From Candidatus Hydrothermarchaeales archaeon (lineage in GTDB: Archaea; Hydrothermarchaeota; Hydrothermarchaeia; Hydrothermarchaeales; JAZGAD01), in contig JAZGAD010000043.1 in assembly GCA_036444275.1 (NCBI GenBank), positions 1-44,800 of the forward strand: a stretch of 44,800 nt of DNA, read 5' to 3'. A program made the position numbers and the translations under genes. The stretch's first letter is position 1. Every line of letters starts with the position of its first letter. Under the pieces are notes generated by a model that saw only the letters and a list, made by a program, of their open reading frames with translations, was not told the origin of the DNA and searched no databases. Of this stretch, positions 37,247 to 44,800 are shown in pieces.

Positions 37247-38481
37247 GACTGATAGACATCATTAGGCTTGCAGTCAGCCACCTTATGAATAGGGGGTTGA
37301 GGAGTTGGCTCACAGTATTGGGTGTAGTGATAGGGGTTATGGCGGTGGTCGCCATCGTCTCCATTGGGGAGGGTCTTCAGCAGAGCGTTACCGAGCAGTT
37401 CAGCAGGCTAGGGGCCAACACCATTACTATCACCCCTGGTTTTCGCGGTGCCTTTGAAAGAAGACATAGGATGGGTGGATCCAGTGGTGGGGGCGTGAGA
37501 AGCGGGAATTTAACGGAGAAAGACATAATCTTCATCAAGACTATACCGGGAGTCGAACGGGTAAATGGAATCGTGTCCGGGAGGGTGGACATAAAGTACC
37601 TCGATGAGAGCGCATCAGTAAGCCTTGTAGGCGTCGATACCAAAGTTTGGAAGTTCATAGTCGATACTGACCTAGCGGGCGGTAGATACCTCGAGCAGGG
37701 AGACACGTTTAGCGTGGTCATCGGTAATAGAATTGCGAATGGCATCTTCAAAGGGCCTGTGCAGCTGAATAGGCAGATAAACATTGAGGGCAAGACCTTC
37801 AAGGTCGTGGGGATACTGGAGCCAGGTGTCTTTGGGGGGGAGGATTCCCAGGTCTTCATGCCCCGTGACTCAGCGAGGAAAATACTCACGGACATTGGAG
37901 GCGACCAGTTGAGCTCCATCGTCGTTCGTGTTGATGGCTCCGCGGATGTAGATGTGATCTTGGATCAGATAGAGGGCAAGCTCCTCATAAGCCATCAGGT
38001 CACCGAGGAGAAAAAGGACTTCACCGTCATGAACCCTCAGGCTTTCCAGGAGAGAGTGAGTGAAGTGACCAGCACCATCACCCTCTTTATAGGGGGGATA
38101 GCTTTGGTGTCCCTTCTCGTAGGTGGATTGGGGATAGCCAATACGATGTTCATGTCCGTGATGGAGCGAACCAGACAGATTGGGATACTAAAGGCGCTGG
38201 GGACAACAAACGGGGAGGTGACAATGATCTTCCTCATAGAGTCCGGGTTGATGGGATTCGTGGGGGGGGTATTTGGCATACTGCTTGGTTTTATAGCATC
38301 CGGCGCTATTTCCACCCTGGGGTTCAGATTGTTTGGTGGTGGAGCGGTGACGACTGTGATACCAGCCGGCTTGGTGGGGTTTGCATTGATTTTCTCTCTG
38401 TTGGTAGGGATTCTTTCAGGGATACTACCAGCGAGGAGGGCAGCCAATTTGCAGCCCGTTGAGGCACTGCGGTATGAATAA
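37243..38481 (+). CDS. MacB/FtsX-family ABC permease
   Basis: RSWLTVLGVVIGV, VGGLGIANTMFMSVMERTRQIGILKALG, PARRAANLQPVEALRYE; ATGA overlap at 37243. Confidence 0.96.
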   Translation: MRLIDIIRLAVSHLMNRGLRSWLTVLGVVIGVMAVVAIVSIGEGLQQSVTEQFSRLGANTITITPGFRGAFERRHRMGGSSGGGVRSGNLTEKDIIFIKTIPGVERVNGIVSGRVDIKYLDESASVSLVGVDTKVWKFIVDTDLAGGRYLEQGDTFSVVIGNRIANGIFKGPVQLNRQINIEGKTFKVVGILEPGVFGGEDSQVFMPRDSARKILTDIGGDQLSSIVVRVDGSADVDVILDQIEGKLLISHQVTEEKKDFTVMNPQAFQERVSEVTSTITLFIGGIALVSLLVGGLGIANTMFMSVMERTRQIGILKALGTTNGEVTMIFLIESGLMGFVGGVFGILLGFIASGAISTLGFRLFGGGAVTTVIPAGLVGFALIFSLLVGILSGILPARRAANLQPVEALRYE

Positions 38482-38643
38482 GAACTACGTTTGAAGAGTT
38501 CTGTTCTTCTTGCCTGTAAGGGTCTCCGTCATCCAAGTATCATCAATCACCATGTTTCTTCTTGAGGTTTTCAGTTTTCTATTTTTTGAATTATTAACAA
38601 TAAAAAGATAAGATATATTAATCATGGCCTCATAGCTTTCTTC

Positions 38644-39987
38644 ATGGCTATCCATCCCATTGAATTTAGATATGGAAGCGACGAGATGAAGAATATCTTC
38701 GAGGAGGGGAGCAAGCTCCAGAGGCTCTTAGATGTTGAGGCTGCCTTGGCTAGGGCACATGCAAAGGTCGGTAGTATACCAAAGAACGCTGCCGATGAGA
38801 TAGCGGGGAAGGCGAGTACGAAGTACGTGAAAGTGGAACGCGTGAAGGAGATAGAAGGAGAAGTTAAGCACGATATAATGGCTGTCGTACTAGCCTTGTC
38901 AGAGGTCTGCGATGATTCTGGGAAATACGTTCACCTAGGTGCCACGTCCTATGACATTGTGGACACTGCTAATGCCTTGCAGTTCAAAGAAGCATTAAAG
39001 ATAGTGAGGAGGGACCTCTTCGAGTTGGAGGGCATACTACTGGGGCTGGCTGAGAGGCATATCTCTACAGTAGCGGTTGGCCGTACTCATGGACAGCACG
39101 CAACATCTATTACATATGGCTTGAAGTTCGCTGTTTGGGCCAGAGAGGTCAGGAGGCACATTCAGAGGATCGAGGAGTCTGGGAAGCGGGTGTTTGTAGG
39201 TAAGATGAGCGGCGCTGTTGGCACCCAGGCTAGCTTTGGTGAGAAAGGTATTGAGATCCAGCGTTTGGTGATGGAGGATTTAGGGTTAATTCCGGCTGAG
39301 GTATCGAGTCAGGTGGTGCAGCGCGATAGGTATGCTGAACTCATATCCCTACTGGCATTGATAGCTGCTACGCTGGACAAGATTGGGAAAGAAATCCGGA
39401 ACCTAATGCGCACCGAGATAGCAGAGGTGGGCGAGCCCTTCGGCGAGAAGCAGGTAGGCAGTTCGACGATGCCTCATAAGCGGAACCCAATAAACTCCGA
39501 GAAGGTCTGTGGATTAGCGAGAGTTATTAAGTCCAACGTCTTCGTTGCTCTTGAGAACGTATCTCTAGAGCACGAGCGCGACCTTACGAATTCTTCTGCT
39601 GAGAGAGTGATAATCCCCGAGAGCTTTGTGTTGTTGGACGAGATGCTGAAGACCATGAAGCAGGTGCTGGGGGGCTTGGTACTCAACCCAGAGAACATTG
39701 AGCGCAACTTGGGCCTCGCTAAGGGACTAAACATGGCAGAAGCGGTGATGCTCGCACTTGTGGAGAAGGGCATGTCCCGGCAGAAGGCTCATGAATTACT
39801 ACGCCAGCTTTCTATGAACGCATATAAAGAGGATAAATCCTTGAAAGAGGTGCTGAAGAACTCTGAAGCAAGGGAATATCTGAGTGAGGATGAGATAGAG
39901 AAAGCCCTTGATGCACATCGATATATAGGCACAGCTGTGGAGCAAGTGAAGAAGGTTTTGGAGCTTGCGAAGAAGGAAAGAAGTTGA
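38644..39987 (+). CDS. purB: Adenylosuccinate lyase
   Basis: HLGATSYDI.DTA, GRTHGQHA, GSSTMPHKRNP, HERDL.NSS.ER. Confidence 0.98.
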   Translation: MAIHPIEFRYGSDEMKNIFEEGSKLQRLLDVEAALARAHAKVGSIPKNAADEIAGKASTKYVKVERVKEIEGEVKHDIMAVVLALSEVCDDSGKYVHLGATSYDIVDTANALQFKEALKIVRRDLFELEGILLGLAERHISTVAVGRTHGQHATSITYGLKFAVWAREVRRHIQRIEESGKRVFVGKMSGAVGTQASFGEKGIEIQRLVMEDLGLIPAEVSSQVVQRDRYAELISLLALIAATLDKIGKEIRNLMRTEIAEVGEPFGEKQVGSSTMPHKRNPINSEKVCGLARVIKSNVFVALENVSLEHERDLTNSSAERVIIPESFVLLDEMLKTMKQVLGGLVLNPENIERNLGLAKGLNMAEAVMLALVEKGMSRQKAHELLRQLSMNAYKEDKSLKEVLKNSEAREYLSEDEIEKALDAHRYIGTAVEQVKKVLELAKKERS

Positions 39988-40052
39988 AGGCGTGTCCTTT
40001 CTCGGGTTACAGGGGAGTCATCGATATAACCAAAGGTGCCAAGGTGTAAACA

Positions 40053-40589
40053 ATGAAGGGATTATTCTATCTATTAATTACATTCCTCTTGCTATCTGGA
40101 TGCATTCAAGAACCAGAGCCTAGGGTGCTCGACGTTAAGCCTGTTGTTGATCAATATTTCTTGGGAGGATACACAGGAAAGGGTGCAGAGGGGTTGTTCG
40201 TACTAGCAGGGAATACTGATGCTGTCCGAAATGGTTTGGAAGAGATATTAGGTGGGGGTTCTTCTAGGACAAGTTTCAGTGCAGACGAGGACCTTAATTT
40301 GGTGGCCTTTCGTGGCATCTTTGCTACAGGGGGGCATGGGATAAAAATAGATAAAGTGGAGCAGGTTGGCAAGGTCTTCAATATTTATGCGACTTATACT
40401 GATCCAGGCACAGGTATGATGGTCACACAGGCATTTACTCAGCCTACTGCGATAATAGCTATTGGGAAAATGGTGAAGGGAAGCTATAAAGCAAAGCTCT
40501 TAGTCACTAAGATACTGAAGACGCGTTCCGGGGATAAACTTTTAGAGACAGAGGCACCTAGTATGAGCATTAGCTTTACAGTGAAGTGA
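40053..40589 (+). CDS. Lipoprotein with PrcB C-terminal-like domain
   Basis: Lipobox LLLSGC; AFRG...TGGHGIKIDKV...PG.GMMVTQAFTQP. Confidence 0.75.
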   Translation: MKGLFYLLITFLLLSGCIQEPEPRVLDVKPVVDQYFLGGYTGKGAEGLFVLAGNTDAVRNGLEEILGGGSSRTSFSADEDLNLVAFRGIFATGGHGIKIDKVEQVGKVFNIYATYTDPGTGMMVTQAFTQPTAIIAIGKMVKGSYKAKLLVTKILKTRSGDKLLETEAPSMSISFTVK

Positions 40590-43500
40590 TGGTGCCGAAA
40601 GTGAGTGTTGGTAAAGCTCGTATTATAGTATACCTCTTATTCCTGACAATTGGCATAGTTGCAGTGCAGTCAGTGAAAGGGGAAGGTGTAAGATTAGAAC
40701 CAGCGCCGCTAGGAATTTCTAGTCAAAAACATGTAGAGATGCAGTTGAAGGGAAATGGAAAGCCCCTCCACGACGATAGAATCTTTCTGAAATCAAGGAC
40801 CTTTACTCCTTTCTCGCGAGTCGAGTTCTCGAAGCATTCTAGATCTAGAAGTGCCTTTGGAGTAGGCAAAAAGTTCCACGCTCTTATCCAGCTTGAGCGC
40901 ATACCCGACGAGGAGGATAAAAAAGCCCTCGAAGAGAATGGTATAAAACTATTATCCTATATTCCAAACAAGGCGTGGCTTGTCAGTGTATCGACGAATG
41001 CAGGTGACATCTCTTCATTGCCCCTTGTGAGATGGGCCGGAGAGCTTCTGCCCGAGGATAAGATGTCTCCCTATATCCGAGAGGGAGGTGGCGTGTGGGC
41101 TAGGAATAGAGATGGAACTGTGAATTTGACGGTTCTATTTTTTGAGGATACTTCTATAGATGAGGCAAGGCAGGTCGTTCAGAAATATGGAAAGGTAACA
41201 ATCGAACCGACAACGGGCGATGCCTGGGGGGTTGCAGTGCTAGAGTATTTGGTATCAGAGCTTGCAGGCGAGGATATCGTTAAGTGGGTTGATTATTCGC
41301 ATCCCCCATACATGTCATTCAACGACGGTTCTAGAGCTTCGATTGGAGTAGATGTTGTACAGTTGCCTCCGTATAACCTAAACGGCACAGGTGTTACTGT
41401 AGCCATGTGGGAAGAAGGGCACGCTGACAAAACACATAATGATTTTAGTGGGCGAGTGATCTACGGGGATAGTGCCAGCGTCACTGAGCACGCCACACAC
41501 GTTGCTGGTACATTGATGGGAAACGGTATTGAGAGCAACGGCTTATACCGGGGAATGGCTCCGAATGCTACTCTAATTACCTATGAATGGCCTTATATTA
41601 TTTCTAAATTGTACTCTGAGACAAATGCTTCAATTGCAAATTATAGTGCAGTCCTCTCCCAGAATTCGTGGGGCTATAATGTCCACGGCGATTGCTCCAT
41701 GATGGGGAACTACGATGACTGGTCTCAAGCCTATGATAACATAATCTATGGGAATGCAGGCTTGGCCGGTGTGATAACAATAGTTTTTGCGGCTGGCAAT
41801 GAGAGAGGCTCTGACCCGGATGGGGTGGGCGGGTTTTACTGCGGCCATTATGGTCATACGTACAATACTATTGTAGGACCGGGGGGAACCGCTAAAAATG
41901 TCATAACGGTTGGGGCAGTAAAAAAGAGCAGGGATATGTCTTCTTTTAGTAGCTGGGGGCCTACAGACGATGGAAGGATAAAGCCGGATGTCGTCGCCAT
42001 AGGCGTTAGTGTAACATCTACGTTTCCGGGAAATACATATAAAACCTTGCAGGGAACCTCGATGGCTGCTCCTGCAGTCTCTGGCGTCGTTGCTTTGATT
42101 CACGAGGACTACAGAAGACTGTATAGCGGCGGTGATCCACTGCCTTCAACTGTAAAGGCACTGCTGATACAAACAGCTGAAGACTTGAATAATACTGGTC
42201 CCGATTATACCTCTGGCTGGGGCTTAATAAATGCCACGGCGGCTATAGATTTAATCATGGAGGATAATGGAAGCAGCGATCTGGTCAGAGAGAACAGCAT
42301 ATCAAATAATCAAGTCTATACGTACCATCTCTCTGTTGCCTCCGGGCAAGACAAATTAAAAATTACCTTGGTCTGGGATGATTATCCTGGAACGGTGCTC
42401 GCTGTGAAGGAATTGATAAATGACCTTGATTTGGTGGTCCTAGCTCCAAATGGCTCTAGATTCTATCCTTGGACCCTTGATTCAAGCAATCCATCGGCTT
42501 CTGCAGTTCAAGACACAGAGGATCATACGAATAATGTAGAGCAGGTCTATGTCTTTAATCCCGTAACTGGTATTTGGACAGTAATCGTAAACGGCACAAC
42601 AGTGCCTTATGCTCCACAGAATTATTCCTTAATTAGCAACACGAAGTCTAATGTCATAAGAAACATAGACAAAGGTGTTAATTATAACACAATTCAAGAA
42701 GCAGTTAACGACGCTAACGCTGGCAATACCCTGCTTGTTCTGGCCGCAACCATAAGCGAGAACGTGAAAATCAATAAGACACTGAATCTAAAGGGGGGTG
42801 GAGTTGGTTCAACGATTGTAAAAGCAGCCAATGCCAATGAACATATTTTCGAGATAATTAATGTCAGCGTGAACATCAGCGGCTTCACAATAAAAGGAGC
42901 CAATGGATCTGAAGCAGCTGGCGTCTATCTAAACAAGAGTTCAACCAGCAATATCTCGCTTAACCGTATTTCTAATAATCAGTATGGCATCAAGTTCTAT
43001 GATTCCAACAGCGGGATCATATCCTACAATACTATTTCTGATAATAGCTACGGCATCAAACTTTATGATTCCAACAGCGGGGTCATATCCTACAACACGA
43101 TAATATCCAACAGCTATGGCATTAACTTAAGCAACACCAATGGGGCTTGGATTTATCACAATAATTTCACAAATAATAGCCTTTTGCAGGCCTATGATGC
43201 CGGTAATAACACTTGGAATAGCAGCTATCTTGGCGGCGGGAATTACTGGAGCAACCGGACGTTTCCTGACATCAAGATGGGGCCCTCTCAGAACGTCAAT
43301 GGTAGCGATGGTATAGTCGACAGCGCATATACTATCCCGGGTGGTAGCAATCAAGACAATTATCCCTTTGTCTATCAAAGCGGATGGACCTTAGTGACGA
43401 ACTACTACAATACCACCACTGTAGAGAATGGAACCACCGCAACGGTGATAGACCAGCCAACTCTAGTTGTAAAGGTCACCGCCATTCAGGATGGAAATGC

Positions 43501-44800
43501 CGGGGTCCAGATATACACGATGCTATCATCAGCTAACTACCTCTTCGGCGTCGGGGAAATCAACGCCTCAAGCGCAGGCATAGATCAAGCTTTGAGGTAT
43601 CTCAATGCTTTTAATATCAGTAGCCTGGAGAACGTGAGCAACATCACTATAAGGCTATACTATACCTCCGAGGAGATATCCGGCCTCGACAACAACAGCA
43701 TCGCCTTCCTCTACTGGAATGGCTCAGTATGGTTCAATCTAAAGGATTACATAGGCCAGAATATACCGGGTGGACCCCACGTATATGCTGCAGGCCTGAA
43801 CATGAGTAATGACTACGTCTATGCTGTAGTGGACCATCTAAGCGTCTACGCCATGGGCGGCAACAACAACGTCGCACCAAGGATTACCTTTACGGGTCTC
43901 ACGCCAGCAAATGTTGCATCCTTCGCAGCAGGTACTAGCAGCGTGACCATAAACGTGAGCATCGCCGAGGAGAACCCAGATACCTTGGTTCTCAACTGGA
44001 AGGGCATTAACACTAGTTATAGTTATTCTAGTGGGTATTGGAGCAGGACTAAGAGCGTCTCCAACGGGGAGAGTGTTACCTTTTATATCTGGGCTAACGA
44101 CACCTCTGGCAAGAGCAATCAGACCGAAACAAGGAGCTTCTCAGTTCAAAGCGGAGGCGGAGGAGGTGGTGGCGGAGGAGTGCCAGTTGCCACAGATCAA
44201 ACAGCCGAAGCTAAACTAGTGACGCCAACAGACCCCGATGTAGTCGTGCAGGTTAAGGCCACCTTCTCGTCAATCCCTAAGGATAAGACTGGGACCATAT
44301 CAATTCCTGATACAGAGAACATGCCTTTGACGGAGATAGCGATAAAGGTGCTAAACAAGGTCTCTAACGTCAAGGTAGCTGTGAAGACCCTCACCTCAAA
44401 GCCAACTGAGATCGCCCAGGAGATCGTGGGCGAGGTCTTCAAATACCTCGAGATAGAGCACGAGAACATTGAGGATGCTGACATAGATAATGTGACGATT
44501 AGGTTCAAGGTGGAGAAGACGTGGACGACGGAGAGGAATATAGACCCAGCTACGGTTGTGCTGAATAGGTTTAGTGAGGACAACTGGAATGCGCTGACTA
44601 CGACGAAGGTGAGTGAGGATTCCAACTATACCTATTATTCGGCTGAGTCGCTTGGACTCTCAGTCTTCGGCATCTCGGGATCGGTAACTCTTCCTCCACC
44701 GGCTGCTACGCCTGCTTCTACTACGCTTCCACTAGCGACTACACTTCCACCGACTACTCCTCCTCCACCAACGACACCTGCTCCTACTACGCTTCCGCCT
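40589..44800 (+). CDS. 3'-truncated giant surface S8 subtilase (propeptide, S8, C-terminal beta domain, NosD beta-helix, Ig-like, PGF-pre-PGF, P/T linker)
   Basis: Absent from the ORF track because it has no stop in the window. Manual translation is open from ATG 40589 to the edge (>1400 codons): GVTVAMWEEG, HATHVAGT, FAAGNE, SSWGPTDDGRIKPDV, GTSMAAP, NDLDL, NNVEQV. Confidence 0.92.
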   Translation, partial: MVPKVSVGKARIIVYLLFLTIGIVAVQSVKGEGVRLEPAPLGISSQKHVEMQLKGNGKPLHDDRIFLKSRTFTPFSRVEFSKHSRSRSAFGVGKKFHALIQLERIPDEEDKKALEENGIKLLSYIPNKAWLVSVSTNAGDISSLPLVRWAGELLPEDKMSPYIREGGGVWARNRDGTVNLTVLFFEDTSIDEARQVVQKYGKVTIEPTTGDAWGVAVLEYLVSELAGEDIVKWVDYSHPPYMSFNDGSRASIGVDVVQLPPYNLNGTGVTVAMWEEGHADKTHNDFSGRVIYGDSASVTEHATHVAGTLMGNGIESNGLYRGMAPNATLITYEWPYIISKLYSETNASIANYSAVLSQNSWGYNVHGDCSMMGNYDDWSQAYDNIIYGNAGLAGVITIVFAAGNERGSDPDGVGGFYCGHYGHTYNTIVGPGGTAKNVITVGAVKKSRDMSSFSSWGPTDDGRIKPDVVAIGVSVTSTFPGNTYKTLQGTSMAAPAVSGVVALIHEDYRRLYSGGDPLPSTVKALLIQTAEDLNNTGPDYTSGWGLINATAAIDLIMEDNGSSDLVRENSISNNQVYTYHLSVASGQDKLKITLVWDDYPGTVLAVKELINDLDLVVLAPNGSRFYPWTLDSSNPSASAVQDTEDHTNNVEQVYVFNPVTGIWTVIVNGTTVPYAPQNYSLISNTKSNVIRNIDKGVNYNTIQEAVNDANAGNTLLVLAATISENVKINKTLNLKGGGVGSTIVKAANANEHIFEIINVSVNISGFTIKGANGSEAAGVYLNKSSTSNISLNRISNNQYGIKFYDSNSGIISYNTISDNSYGIKLYDSNSGVISYNTIISNSYGINLSNTNGAWIYHNNFTNNSLLQAYDAGNNTWNSSYLGGGNYWSNRTFPDIKMGPSQNVNGSDGIVDSAYTIPGGSNQDNYPFVYQSGWTLVTNYYNTTTVENGTTATVIDQPTLVVKVTAIQDGNAGVQIYTMLSSANYLFGVGEINASSAGIDQALRYLNAFNISSLENVSNITIRLYYTSEEISGLDNNSIAFLYWNGSVWFNLKDYIGQNIPGGPHVYAAGLNMSNDYVYAVVDHLSVYAMGGNNNVAPRITFTGLTPANVASFAAGTSSVTINVSIAEENPDTLVLNWKGINTSYSYSSGYWSRTKSVSNGESVTFYIWANDTSGKSNQTETRSFSVQSGGGGGGGGGVPVATDQTAEAKLVTPTDPDVVVQVKATFSSIPKDKTGTISIPDTENMPLTEIAIKVLNKVSNVKVAVKTLTSKPTEIAQEIVGEVFKYLEIEHENIEDADIDNVTIRFKVEKTWTTERNIDPATVVLNRFSEDNWNALTTTKVSEDSNYTYYSAESLGLSVFGISGSVTLPPPAATPASTTLPLATTLPPTTPPPPTTPAPTTLPP
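44155..44690 (+). repeat. Copy 2 of the dispersed PGF-pre-PGF coding cassette
   Basis: Identical tracts 44304-44350, 44456-44496 and 44585-44651 match copy 1; outer boundaries approximate. Confidence 0.9.

Noticed and set aside
42975-43120. 66 bp tandem duplication in the subtilase gene
   Set aside because: It matches the ordinary 22 aa NosD beta-helix repeat period.
2567-44625. Numerous antisense and alternate-frame ORFs in the track (e.g. 3919-4485, 10714-11406, 21064-21567, 41630-42103, 44197-44625)
   Set aside because: They are shadows of well-supported genes with no motifs. The similarity of 21064-21567 to 44197-44625 just mirrors the shared cassette.

Overview
Gene-dense chromosomal window from a euryarchaeal-type archaeon (GGTGA/GAGG ribosome-binding sites, TATA-like promoters, Hel308, split purS/purL/purQ, PGF-pre-PGF surface proteins); the exact lineage cannot be fixed from the sequence alone. 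Housekeeping genes (pdxS, hisH, hisF, purSLQ, purC, purB, two head-to-head SF2 helicases) are interspersed with three intact and one decayed toxin-antitoxin-type modules, an orphan PAS histidine kinase, a MacB-type ABC operon and two very large surface proteins. The strongest candidate for an undescribed system is 10400-17256. It encodes a receptor-like chimera (Zn ribbon-TPR-degenerate KaiC/RAD55 ATPase-one TM-~400 aa external domain) cotranscribed with an intact KaiC-like ATPase, flanked by an orphan CpaF-type ATPase, a MinD and a DUF2226-like protein. Three things are missing from the ORF track: a >1400 aa subtilase with an apparent Glu-His-Ser triad coupled to a PrcB-like lipoprotein, a probable decayed Ku gene, and a 57 aa small protein. 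The two giant surface genes share a C-terminal DNA cassette with 41-67 bp identical tracts. No rRNA, tRNA, CRISPR array, transposase or integrase was seen. All family assignments are by motif recognition, not database search.
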